Source: an uncultured Pseudomonadota bacterium (GTDB taxonomy: Bacteria > Desulfobacterota > Binatia > Binatales > Binataceae). Taken from it: a DNA stretch of 64,000 nt. Under the pieces are notes generated by a model. The model did not search any database and had not been told where the DNA came from. It was given only the letters and a program-made list of their open reading frames with translations. The translations under genes and the position numbers were made by a program. Below, piece by piece: positions 53,904 through 63,942 of this stretch. The stretch lies in the NCBI GenBank assembly GCA_963824565.1, contig CAWGQB010000026.1, positions 21,438-85,437 on the forward strand. Direction: 5' to 3'. Positions within the stretch are counted from its first letter, which is position 1. Every line of letters starts with the position of its first letter.

Positions 53904-54513
53904 TCACGCCCGGCCTCGAGCGACGGTCCAGGGTGTCAGGTTTTCCTCGCGCAAGCGCACCTTAACCAGCGAATACGGGCCGGGAATCGATTCGTATTCG
54001 ATTAGCAACGCGCCTCTAATCGCTTCTTGCTCGCGCACAACGCGCCCGGCCAGCTTCCCTTCGTGGTCGCGAAGTTCCTCCTGGTCGAAACGGCGCGCAA
54101 ACTCAAACGGCACCATGACACTGGTCAGAGTTGACCCATCGGCGCTGAGCGCCATCTCGAAATCGACCTCGCGCTCGATCCCTTCTTCCCAAGCCGTGTA
54201 CAGTTGCCCATCGATCTCCAACGACGGCACCGAGCTGAATTCGCCCTGTGCGCCAAGCCGCTTCAATTCGCCGTGCGGCGGTTTGAAGGAAGCGAAGCTT
54301 TCCGATCAGGCGCGTGGCGCCGCCGCATTCGACCAGGCATTCGGTCTGACTCCACCACTGTTCGCATCCGCCGGCCTCGCTCCAGGATCGCGGGGCGAGG
54401 ACGCCGAACTGCCATCGGAGCTGGTTCTTGCGCGACGATGCGCGATAGGGATACAGAATGTAACCCTCGTAGAGCACAGCATCGGCGATCTTGCGCGCGC
54501 GCTCGAAATTCAT
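53904..54513 (-). pseudogene. Hydrogenase-cluster hypothetical protein, one frameshift near 54285
   Basis: MNFERARKIADAVLYEGYILYPYRASS... (ORF 54103..54513) continues as ...KPPHGELKRLGAQGEFSSVPSLEIDGQLY (ORF 53904..54266). Confidence 0.5.
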
Positions 54514-55151
54514 GCCGCCTTCTCTCCAGCGCTCTTGAGCAGAACCTCGAAGACCTGCTCCCAGGTCGCCAGCGCATGTCGCGCTTTGAACTTGAGCAAC
54601 GCGTCGAGAGTGTCGCGATGCAGCCGCAGCCAGCCGCTGTTGGGAAAATATAAATCCATCACCTCACGCCAGATCCTGACCGGAAGCCGGTAGGTGGCGT
54701 CCTTGTGCCATGCGAGTTGGCTGACGCTCAGTCCCGTTTGCCCCTTTGCAAATACGGTACCGTTGAACAGGAATAGCAGCGGAATTTCGCCATCACCCAG
54801 CGAATGCAGATATTTCGCGGCTGCCACTTCGAAGTCGTAGCTGCAAGGCATGTGCAGGTCGACTTCACTGCCGCCTTCAAAGCCCCGCACCATCATATCG
54901 ACATGGGTCCATAAAAATGGCTTGAGCGTGTCGCCCCATTGCGAGGTGGCGCCGAACAGCTCCCGCAGGCATTCTTCTTCGGCCTTGGAATAGCGGCGGC
55001 GCTGCGGCTCGATGCGAATCTGGCAATGCAGGGAAATCGAATGAATGGCGGCGCCCGAGGGCTCCTCGATGCGCAATCGGAAGGCCAGCGTGGGAACCGC
55101 GGCGTAAGGCTGCGGCTTGGCGTCCAGCACCTGGAAATCAATCTCGCTCAT
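54510..55151 (-). CDS. Hydrogenase-cluster hypothetical protein (213 aa)
   Basis: MSEIDFQVLDAKPQPYAAVPTLAFRLRIEE... is intact, with ATGA overlaps at both ends. The long ORF-track N-terminal extension is out-of-frame readthrough of the upstream gene. Confidence 0.6.
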   Translation of the reverse strand: MSEIDFQVLDAKPQPYAAVPTLAFRLRIEEPSGAAIHSISLHCQIRIEPQRRRYSKAEEECLRELFGATSQWGDTLKPFLWTHVDMMVRGFEGGSEVDLHMPCSYDFEVAAAKYLHSLGDGEIPLLFLFNGTVFAKGQTGLSVSQLAWHKDATYRLPVRIWREVMDLYFPNSGWLRLHRDTLDALLKFKARHALATWEQVFEVLLKSAGEKAA

Positions 55152-55814
55152 GCCGATTCTCCAGGCTCTAGCGAAGGCGAGCATTTGGCCCGCAGCGAAT
55201 CGAAGAAAGCATCGATATCGCGCCGCGCCTCCTCGCCGCCGTCGAATCCCTTCCAGCGCCGGCGCACGATACCGGTCAATTCGTAGCAGGCGTCGATCGG
55301 CACCACAAAGCATTCGAAATTGCCGCCCCGCCGGCGGTTGATCAGCAACGCCTCCACGTCCTGCTCGATAGTTCCGAGAATCGGATTGGCGGCGGACAGG
55401 TTCCGCCATGCTTCCAGGCCAAGCATCGATTCCGTCGCGCCGGCGGGACTGGGGTAAAAGCCGGTCACTCGGTTGAGCGCCGAATTGAAGAAGAAAAATG
55501 CCATCCCCACCGGAATCTGGAGTTCTTCCCAACCCTCTGGCGTCAGTTCGAACGAGTTGAGCATCAGGTAGCGGTCGGGCACCGCCTTGTACTTGCCTTG
55601 CGCGGCGCCCTGCTGAGTGAAGAGCAGGTAGCAGGCGCGGCAGGCGCACATCAGGCTGCGGCTCTCGACGTTGACGATATGAGAATGGCCGGGGGTGAGT
55701 TCCGACGCGCACATCTCGCAGGACTCGGCGGGCGCCGAACGCGCCGTGCCGATTCACAAAGCGACCAAGCGCCGCGAGCGGCCGGCCGCTCTGCGATGGC
55801 TGCCCCTGGCTCAC
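55148..55814 (-). pseudogene. Hydrogenase-cluster hypothetical protein with an N-terminal Cys motif, one frameshift near 55733
   Basis: GTG 55814 (GTGA overlap) gives SQGQPSQSGRPLAALGRFVNRHGAFG, then a frame switch to APAESCEMCASELTPGHSHIVNVESRSLMCACRACYLLF... (ORF 55148..55714). Confidence 0.55.
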
Positions 55815-56671
55815 GCGGACGCTCCCGCCAAAGCGACTCTCACCCCAGCCTCATCTTCCAGCAACGGCACCGGCTCGAGATGAAGACCGCGATTTTCCGT
55901 CGAACGTCCGGCGCGGCGAACATCATATCGTTCTCCGCATGACGGACAAGCAATCACTTCGCCGCCAAACGCGCCGCCATGCATCGGCGAGGCGCATCCC
56001 GGACACGTGTCGCGGTATGCATAAAGACTTTGGTCGACCCGGCAGAGTAAGATCGGCGCGCCACCGATTTCGGCTATCGCTGTCGCCCCCGGCGCGACTC
56101 GCGGCGCATCGCCCAGCGCGGTCCACTTCGGCAAATGATCGTCCGAGACCGTTGTGGCCAGGATGCTCCGCGCGCTCGATGCCCTTCGACTTCGATGCTG
56201 GTCAGTTCCGGCGCGACTTCTTTGATCGCGGTTTCGACCGCAAGCTTCACGGTCAACGTCGAGGACGGGCAGGTCTCACAACTGCCGGCCATGCGCAGCC
56301 GCACCACTCCGGTCGCTTCGTCGGCTTGCACCAATTCCACGTCGCCGCCATGCGAGCCCAGATACGGACGCACCTGACCAGCGCCTTGCGCACGCGGGTA
56401 GCGAAATCGTCGGGATGCAAACCGTGGAGGATAAACAGACTGCCGACCAGTTCATCGGCGGCGAGCTGATCGAGTAATCGCTTCGCCCGCCGCGCCTTGT
56501 GCGGCGGCAATCTCGATCGTCCGGCTCAGGCCCGACCCATACAACTCCAGGATCAGACCGGATTAGCTCGTCCACCCGCTGCCAGGCCGGCGGACTTGCC
56601 ATCGAGCGCACTTGCTGGAGCAGATTTTCGATTCGCTCGCCGACTTGGCTCAAGTTCCCGCGGTCAGGCAT
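55811..56671 (-). pseudogene. HhyE-like putative Fe-S protein: NifU-like domain + Rieske-fold-like 4-Cys domain, about 4 frameshifts
   Basis: ATG 56671 (GGAGGAG upstream). The N-terminal helical part and LAADELVGSLFILHGLHPDD lie in two frames. The NifU C-terminal-type core VRPYLGSHGGDVELV...RMAGSCETCPSS is in ORF 56074..56373. The Rieske-like tail (ORF 55811..56134; CPGC...CPSC) has no ATG and its frame stays open upstream, which suggests a fusion. Confidence 0.55.
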
Positions 56672-56798
56672 CTGTATGCTCCTCCAGCAGGCCAGGGTTA
56701 AGCGCCGCACGGCCGCTCAAACTATCGCCCACGACATTTACAAAGTGTTCATCACCATAAAGTATTCATCGCTATCAATGTTGCTCATTTTATGATGT

Positions 56799-58571
56799 TC
56801 ACATCATATAGATATTCATCATGGCCGGCGAATGAATCTTCTCCAGCACCTTGCCTTTGCCCAGGTACATATGCACTCCGCAGGGCAGGCACGGGTCGAA
56901 ACTGCGGACCGTGCGCATGATATCGATCCCTTTGAACTTCTCAGGCGGATTCTCCTCGAAAATCGGCGAATCCTGGACCGCGTCTTCGTAGGGTCCCGGA
57001 GTGCCGTATATATCGCGCGGGTTGCCATTCCAAGGCGTCGGCGGATACGGATGATAGTTGGCGATCTTGCCGCCGCGGATCACCATGTGATGCGACAGGA
57101 CGCCGCGCACCGCCTCGGTGAAGCCGCATCCGATGCCTTCTTTGGGGACCTTGAAGGGCTCCCAGGTCTTGGTGTTTCCCGCGCGCACTTCGGCCAGCGC
57201 CTTTTCCACGAAGTAAAGCGCGCATGCACAGGCATAAGCCTGGAAGTAAGTCCGCGCGCGGTCGCGCTCGAGCGTGTTCGACCATTTGGGGATTTTCCAC
57301 TCGAACGTAACCGGACCGCGGGTCGCGCTCTTGGGCAGATTGATAACCACGCTGCTGCCGGTGGCCTTGATATAGCCGATATCCACCAGGCCCGAAAGGG
57401 CAGTCGACCATAACCGCGCGATGGGTCCGCCGCCGGTATCGAGCGCAAGATGATCCTTGCCGTCGTACCATCGCGGCGACATTACCCAACTGTACTTGCC
57501 GTCGAAGTCGCGTTTTTGCGGACGCGGATTGGTGTGTTGATTCCACGGATGGCGCCGGTCAACCGGATTACCCAACGGATCGTTGCGCACGAACATCTCC
57601 TGGTCTTCCCAGTCGTCATAGTAGGAATGGCCCAGGAGGATCCTGATTCCGAGGTTGATCTTGACCAGGTCGTTGGTGACCAGTTTGCCGTCGACCACCA
57701 CACCGGGGGTCACGAACATCCCGCGGCCCCAGTTGGTCATGTCGCGATATTCGAAATTGCAGACTTCCGGATCCTGGAACGAGCCCCAGCATCCGAGCAG
57801 GATTCGGCGCCGGCCGACCTCCTCATAGCCTGGCAGCGCCTGGTAGAAAAAATCGAACAGGTCGTCATGCATCGGCACCGCCCGCTTGAGGAACTCAACG
57901 TAGCGCATCAGGCGGGTCAGGTAGTCGGTAAAAAGCTGTACGGTGGCGGTGGTTCCGACGCCGCCGGGATAAAGCGTCGAGGGATGCACGTGGCGGCCTT
58001 CCATCAGGCAGAACATCTCGCGCGTGTAGCGGCTGGTCTGCAGCGCCTCGCGATAAAACTCCCCCTCGATCGGATTGACCGATTTCATGATATCGCCGAT
58101 GGTCTTGTAGCCGTGGTCGGCGGCGTGCGGGGCTTCGGTCTTGACCGCTTTTTCCCATAGTCCGGGGTTGGTCTCGCGCACCATCTTCTCGCAGAAATCC
58201 ACCGCGACCAGGTTCTCCTGGAAGATGTTGTGGTCGAACATGTACTCCGCGGCTTCGCCGAGGTTGATAATCCATTCGCCCAGATGCGGCGGCTTGACGC
58301 CATAGGCCATGTTCTGGGTATAGCATGAGCAGGTGGCGTGATTGTCGCCGCAGATTCCGCATATCCGGCTGGTGATGAAGTGCGAGTCGCGCGGATCTTT
58401 GCCCTTCATAAAAATGCTATAGCCGCGGAAAATCGAAGAGGTCGCATGGCATTCGGCGACCTTGCGCTTGCCGAAGTCGATCTTGGTGTAAATGCCGAGA
58501 CTGCCGACGATCCGCGTAATCGGATCCCAGTTCATCTCCACAAGGCCGGTGTTGGTCTTCGCCGTTGCCAT
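56799..58571 (-). CDS. hhyL: [NiFe]-hydrogenase large subunit, group 1h/5 type (HhyL-like)
   Basis: L1 TSRICGICGDNH and L2 SFDPCLPCGVH with a C-terminal extension for protease processing. The start is ATG 58571 (AGGAGG upstream). The 143-codon ORF-track extension overlaps hhyS and is rejected. Confidence 0.92.
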   Translation of the reverse strand: MATAKTNTGLVEMNWDPITRIVGSLGIYTKIDFGKRKVAECHATSSIFRGYSIFMKGKDPRDSHFITSRICGICGDNHATCSCYTQNMAYGVKPPHLGEWIINLGEAAEYMFDHNIFQENLVAVDFCEKMVRETNPGLWEKAVKTEAPHAADHGYKTIGDIMKSVNPIEGEFYREALQTSRYTREMFCLMEGRHVHPSTLYPGGVGTTATVQLFTDYLTRLMRYVEFLKRAVPMHDDLFDFFYQALPGYEEVGRRRILLGCWGSFQDPEVCNFEYRDMTNWGRGMFVTPGVVVDGKLVTNDLVKINLGIRILLGHSYYDDWEDQEMFVRNDPLGNPVDRRHPWNQHTNPRPQKRDFDGKYSWVMSPRWYDGKDHLALDTGGGPIARLWSTALSGLVDIGYIKATGSSVVINLPKSATRGPVTFEWKIPKWSNTLERDRARTYFQAYACACALYFVEKALAEVRAGNTKTWEPFKVPKEGIGCGFTEAVRGVLSHHMVIRGGKIANYHPYPPTPWNGNPRDIYGTPGPYEDAVQDSPIFEENPPEKFKGIDIMRTVRSFDPCLPCGVHMYLGKGKVLEKIHSPAMMNIYMM

Positions 58572-58627
58572 AAGCCCACCTCCTGATTTGGTAGGAATAA
58601 ACCGCGCAGCTATATGCTTAAGCAGGT

Positions 58628-59659
58628 TTACCACTTCGCCTGATAGCCGGTAGTCAGTTTGGTTCCGGGGCGGCGCCACTTCGGCTCCTTTTCCAGGGTC
58701 GAGGTGGTAAACGAGCGCAATGCCCTGACTGCGGTGCCCAACACGTTTGCGGCCTTGGTTGAAAGCTTGGCGCCCGGCGGCTCGTCCATGAACGGCATGA
58801 ACTTGTCCGGAAAGCCGGGCATCGTGCATCCGATGCAGATTCCGCCCACGTTGGGACATCCTCCGATTCCGTTCATCCAGCCGCGCTTGGGCACATTGCA
58901 TTTCACCACCGGACCCCAACAGCCCAGCTTGACGATGCATTTGTGTGAGCCGTATTCGGTCGCGAAGTCGCCCTGCTCGTAATAGCCGGCGCGATCGCAC
59001 CCCTCATGGACGGTTTGCCCGAACAGCCATTGCGGGCGCAGCGACTCATCCAAAGGAATCGTCGGCGCTTGTCCCGTCGCCTGATAAAGCAGATACAAAA
59101 TGGTCTCGGAAAGATTATCGGGCTGAATCGGGCAGCCGGGTACGCATACGATCGGATTGCCGGCTTTGGAGCGGAAATCCCAGCCCAGAAAATCGGGCAC
59201 GCCCATCGCGCCCGTGGGATTACCCGCCATCGCATGGATTCCGCCGTAGGTGGCGCAGGTGCCGACCGCGAGCACAGCCCAGGCTTTGGGCGCCAGCCGC
59301 TCCAGCCATTCCGAAGTGGTCATGGGCTGGGTATCACGGCCGCCGCCTTCCACGCGATTGCCCATCGCCGCCCAGTAGCCCTCTTCCTTGATCTCTTCGT
59401 TGGGGATCGAGCCTTCGACGACCAGCACGAAGGGGTCGATTTCGTTCCGGTCGGCCTTCCAGAACCACTGCATGAATTCGTCGCCGACCTGATAGTCGAT
59501 CAGCAGCCAATGCACCGCCACGCGCGGCAGTCCCGGCAGGGTGCCGAGCACGATGTCTTCGATGCTCGGCTGCATCGCGGCCGTCAGCGCAACTGAGTCA
59601 CCATCGCAACCGAGTCCGGAGTTCAGCCACAGAATGTGAACGAGAGGGTCCTCTGCCAT
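58628..59659 (-). CDS. hhyS: [NiFe]-hydrogenase small subunit, group 1h/5 type (HhyS-like), no Tat signal
   Basis: WLNSGLGCDGDS, GTCATYGG, PGCP and CIGC Fe-S ligand blocks. The N-terminus MAEDPLVHILW lacks a twin-arginine leader. AAGGAGG precedes the ATG. Confidence 0.92.
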   Translation of the reverse strand: MAEDPLVHILWLNSGLGCDGDSVALTAAMQPSIEDIVLGTLPGLPRVAVHWLLIDYQVGDEFMQWFWKADRNEIDPFVLVVEGSIPNEEIKEEGYWAAMGNRVEGGGRDTQPMTTSEWLERLAPKAWAVLAVGTCATYGGIHAMAGNPTGAMGVPDFLGWDFRSKAGNPIVCVPGCPIQPDNLSETILYLLYQATGQAPTIPLDESLRPQWLFGQTVHEGCDRAGYYEQGDFATEYGSHKCIVKLGCWGPVVKCNVPKRGWMNGIGGCPNVGGICIGCTMPGFPDKFMPFMDEPPGAKLSTKAANVLGTAVRALRSFTTSTLEKEPKWRRPGTKLTTGYQAKW

Positions 59660-60028
59660 AGCGAGCCTCCTTGCGTAAGCTTGGTCTGCAAGAGGGAAGC
59701 CTGATAGGCCACCGCTTCTTTTCTAACGATAGCACCGCATGCTCGAGAGACCGGGAAATTTTTTCTTCAATCCGATCCGCCGACCGAGACGCACTCGAAC
59801 TCGCACATAAACGACTCCATGTCGTTGTGATGGGCAATACGGCAAACACCGTATTTTTCGGAATTCAATACCTTAGCCTGATTGTTCTTCTCCATACCCG
59901 ATACGCGGCTTTTGGACCGCCATTTTGATAGATGCAACAGCGGCACACGCCTTGATGGGACGTTGAGCCGTGAGCCGACGTCACAGGCCGCAGGTCAGCA
60001 GCGGACCGGGACGATACAATCGAACGTT

Positions 60029-60370
60029 CTAGTAGCTCCCATAGCGGACCGCGTGCTTGTTATCCAGGGCACGATGGACCTCTTCCTTCGATATCGCCTG
60101 ACCTTGTTGCAACTTGTCGAGCAGCGCTTTTATCTCGTCCGCTTTTCTTTGGTAGAACATACCCCGATCGCTATCCGCTCCACTCGTGTACGCTTGGGCG
60201 TTCCCGCGATCGCGATGCTCAGCATGCTTGAGCTTGGCGGTCACTTTCGCCGCCTCCGGAGTACCAGGCTGGATCATGCTCGAATCCTCCCCGGCAAAGC
60301 CGATTGCCGGGGCCAGCAGCACTAAGAGACAAACAGCGACACAACACGTAAGTAAAGTACGACTCCTCAT
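60029..60370 (-). CDS. Small exported hypothetical protein
   Basis: 113 aa with a signal peptide (LLTCCVAVCLLVLLAPAIGFAG) and a charged helical remainder. Confidence 0.45.
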   Translation of the reverse strand: MRSRTLLTCCVAVCLLVLLAPAIGFAGEDSSMIQPGTPEAAKVTAKLKHAEHRDRGNAQAYTSGADSDRGMFYQRKADEIKALLDKLQQGQAISKEEVHRALDNKHAVRYGSY

Positions 60371-60423
60371 CGAACGGTACCTCCATAACGGGGGACTCTA
60401 AACCGGACGCGGTATGAGGCAGC

Positions 60424-61999
60424 TTATTTTGAGCCTATAATTCTAGCCTGATTGGGGGCAGCGGCAAGGCTGGCTGTTCCTCCCTGCGCGAATGTCGCCT
60501 GCTCAAAAAAGGCTTTCAACCGTGCCACCCGGGCCGACAGCCGCTGGGTCTGAACGGCCTGCTGCTCGATCTGCACAGCTTGCTCGGCGCCGCGGTCGGA
60601 GAGTTGCTGAATCTGTTCGGTCTGTTGTTCGTTTTCGCGCCTCTCCTCCCGCATTTCCTTGGCCTGTTCCTGCAACTCGTTGAGCAGCATCGGTATCAAC
60701 TCCAGATACCTAACGGTCTTGACTTTGCCGTCCGCGCCGCGACTCACCAGTTCCGGGTACACGCGCGCGACTTCTTCAGCCACCACTCCATACTGCAGCG
60801 TCCCGGTCTGGTCGTTGTTGTAGAGGAAAGTTACTGGCCGCAGCTTAAGCAAGCCGGCGCTCTTCGCGCCCATGTCGCGGATGTCGTGCTTATAGCGCGC
60901 CGAGGACATCACGATCCCGAGCTTACCGCCACCGCTCACCACCAGCGCGTCCCCTTCCGTCACGAGCGCGCCACTGACGCCCGCAATGTATGCCGCAGTC
61001 TGACGACCCGGTTTTCCGATACGAATGGCTCCGTCGTCGGAGGCAACGCCCGAGTTGCCTATATCGATGTTGCCGCTGCCGGTGGTCAGTTCTTCCCCGG
61101 CCATGTAGCCCAAGGCGAGATTGTCGCTTCCCGTCGTGTTGTGAAGCATCGCCTCCCTCCCGATCGCGGTGTTTTGTTGTCCGGTCGTGTTTGCATTCAG
61201 CGCGTAGAATCCGGTGGCGGTATTGGAGCTGCCAGTGATGTTCGCCGCAAGCGCGCTCACCCCGGTGGCCGTGTTGTAACTGCCATCGGTGTTGCTCAGG
61301 AGAGCGTTGACTCCGCCGGCGGTATTGTAGCTGCCATCGGTGTTGCTCAAGAGGGCTTCGAATCCGCTGGCGGTATTGTCGCCGCCCGCGGCGTTTTTGG
61401 AGAGCGCGTCCACTCCGCTAGCGGTATTGTCGTTGCCCGTGGTGTTACGCAAAAGGGCGTTGGCTCCGTCGGCGGTGTTCTCTGCGCCAATGGTGTTTTG
61501 GAAAAGCGCTAGCAATCCATTGGCGGTATTGTTGCTGCCTGTTGTATTGGATCCGAGGGCGTCAGCTCCGGTGGCGGTATTGTTGACCCCGGTGTTGTTG
61601 AGCGTAAGGGCGAACGCTCCGCTGGCAGTGTTGTTGCTGCCGGTTGTGTTGGCAAAGAGCGCGTCCCTTCCGCCGGCAGATATTGTCGCTGCCCGTGGTG
61701 TTGCTTGCGATTAGCGCCTGGACTCCGACAGCTATATTGTCGGTACTAGAGCTGTTGCTCATGAGAGATTTCTCGCCAACCGCTGTGTTATCGAAGCCAA
61801 TAGTGTTGTTGAAAAGCGCGGACGCTCCAAAAGCACTGTTCTCATTTCCGGTCGTGTCGTGCGCCAGAGCACCGTCGCCTACCGCAGTATTTTGCGCTAC
61901 AGTCTTGCCCTCGCTAAAGAGCGCGATGGCCAACGTGAAAACGAGGCAGAAACAGGTTCTTGTGCCCGATTTTTCGAGTGAATCGGTTGTGCGTGTCAC
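60424..61999 (-). pseudogene. Secreted tail-fibre-domain protein: NTAxG (YadA-head/Hep_Hag-like) repeats + peptidase S74 intramolecular chaperone + coiled coil; one frameshift near 61680
   Basis: Signal peptide, then more than 20 roughly 14-aa repeats (..NTA.G..AL..NT.G..), then the S74 signature VMSSARYKHDIRDM...LKLRPVTFLY...YGVVAEEVARVYPELV...YLELIPMLLNELQEQ. Confidence 0.8.
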
Positions 62000-62389
62000 T
62001 TTTGAAAACCTCCCTTGCGGCGAGAGCCTCTGGGCTCATATTGCCCGGCCTGCTCTGTATAGCAGACTAAAGCACTTTACCGCCACGGCGACGAAGTCCA
62101 GCAAGCGCCGCCCGCGCTCCGTGTGAGAACCGACCCAGCCGCGGGGCGACCAGAAGGACCCGCGCAGCAAAAGGATGCGAGAGGGGGCCGGTGCGGGGTT
62201 TTGTCCTTGGTGATCGAGGGGGCACGGGAGACGGTGATTCAGCTTTTCGAGTGGAAGAACGTCGCCTTGTACGCCAAGCAATTCGGTGCGAATTCCGATA
62301 TCGCGTTCTTGGCTCTCCTAGGTCCAATGTTTAGGGCCGGAAAATCGGTTTGAATGCGGCGCAGGATTTAAAGGACAATTTCCGGTTGT

Positions 62390-63936
62390 TCAGTCATTCC
62401 GAAGAGTAACACTACTCGGATTAATCTTATTTTTGTTTTGGCCTGTCCCAGTTAACTGTACCGGGAGAATTACGCGCAGATGGGTCCCGCCGTTGGGTGA
62501 ACTGGTGGCCCGGATGCGGCCGCCGTGTTGTTCGACGATTTTGCGGCAAATTGCGAGCCCCATGCCGTTTCCTTCGTATCCGCCGCAGTGCAGGCGCTGG
62601 AAAGGTTGAAACAGCTTGGGCGCCAGTTTGCGGTCGAATCCAATGCCATTGTCTTCGACGTGCAATTCGAACACTTTGGCCGTACGACGCCCTTCGCGCT
62701 TTGGAAAACTCGCACGCAGACGGACTCTCGGCGGCTGATCAAGGCGGCGGAACTTCAGAGCATTATCGATTAGATGGTGAAGCATCGTATGCATCTGCCG
62801 GGGAATGGCTTCGATGGTCGGCAGGACTCCGATCTCCACTCTGGCCGCGGAGGCGCGAATCCGTTCGTCAAGCTCGCCAATCACCCTCCTGGCCAGCTTG
62901 CCGAGATTCACCGGCCGAGCTTTAGCTGCGCGCGCCGTCGACCTCGGCATATTCGAGCAAATCGTTGACCATCGACGCGATTCGATCGGCCGATTTCCGC
63001 AGACGCTCGAGGGTTTCCGGAGATCCTGGCTTGGCTGCCGAGCGCTTGCCGGCCGTGGTCAGCTTCAGGCGCGGTTGGCGCAACCCATGGGTGGCAGTGG
63101 CGGCCAGTTGCCGAAGCTCGGTGTTGGAGCGGGCCAATTGTGAAAGGAGTTGCTCGCGCTCGATTTCCGCGCGCCGGCGCTCGCTGATGTCCCGAATCGC
63201 CATCACCGTGCCGACCACCCGGCCCTCGTCATCATGGATTGCGGTCTTGCGCTCCTCGACGGGCGATTTCGATTCCTTGCTTTGAAATCAGCGCGCCCTC
63301 CAGCGCGATGTTGCCGTGCGCCAGGCGCTGACGCGCGACCTCCGCCGGTTCCAGGGAGTATTCGAGCTTGAGCACTTCGGCGGTTTTATGTCCGGCGGCG
63401 CCAGCCGCGGTCCAGCCGGTCAGCCGCTCCGCCACGGGATTCATGAACCGAATCGCGCCATGCTGCGCATCGGTCGCAATCACGCCGTCCGCGATGCTTC
63501 TTAGCGTGGCCGCCAGCCATCGCTCGCTTTCCTTAACCCGTTGTTCGAGCCGATGGCGATATAGGGCCACCTCCACCGCGGCGTGCAACTCGCGCTCTCC
63601 AAAGGGCTTGATCAAGTAGCCGAGCGCGCCGGTGATCCGCGCCCTGCCGAGCGTTGCGGGATCCGCATAGGCGGTAAGATAAATCGCCGGGATGTTAAAG
63701 CGCGTGCGAATCTCTTCGACCGCTTCGATTCCATCAATTGCGCCGCGCAGCCGGATGTCCATAAGCACCAGGTCGGGACGCAGCGCCGCCGCTTTTTCAA
63801 TCGCTTCCTCGCCGCTGGAGGCGGTGGCAGGCACTTTATATCCAAAACCGATGAGGTCGCGTTGAATATCCAGGGCTACGACATTTTCGTCCTCGACCAC
63901 CAGTATTCTCGGCGCATCGTCCTTCGCATCGGCCAT
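62390..63936 (-). pseudogene. Hybrid REC-PAS-HisKA-HATPase_c sensor kinase, at least 2 frameshifts (about 63270 and 62930)
   Basis: REC (ILVVEDENVVALDI...DLVLMDIRL...YLIKP), PAS (IADGVIATDAQHGAIRFMNPVAERLTGW...AIRDISERRRAE), an H-box-like THGLRQP, and N/G boxes (HHLIDNALKF; DNGIGF; GNGMGLAICRKIV), spread over three ORFs. Confidence 0.8.
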
Positions 63937-63942
63937 TGTGGC

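Noticed and set aside
58572-59000. 143-codon N-terminal extension of the hydrogenase large-subunit ORF (track start 59000)
   Set aside because: It overlaps the 3' end of hhyS and translates to Arg-rich nonsense. A strong AGGAGG-ATG at 58571 gives the canonical MATAKTNTGLVEMNWDPITR start.
60950-61900. Periodic ~42-nt repetition, considered as a possible CRISPR array or tandem DNA repeat
   Set aside because: The repeats are degenerate at the DNA level, have no unique spacers, and are fully explained as coding NTAxG protein repeats in one long frame.
60029-62389. Possible prophage around the tail-fibre-like gene
   Set aside because: No capsid, portal, terminase, baseplate, integrase or att-like repeats are visible on either side within the window. 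Only a single fibre-like gene is present.
62000-62389. 76-aa ORF 62123..62353 (+) in the gap upstream of the tail-fibre gene
   Set aside because: Only a short stretch (ETVIQLFEWKNVALYAKQFG) looks protein-like. There is no RBS or recognisable motif, and overlapping antisense ORFs of similar length are present. It is possibly a gene remnant but is not supportable.
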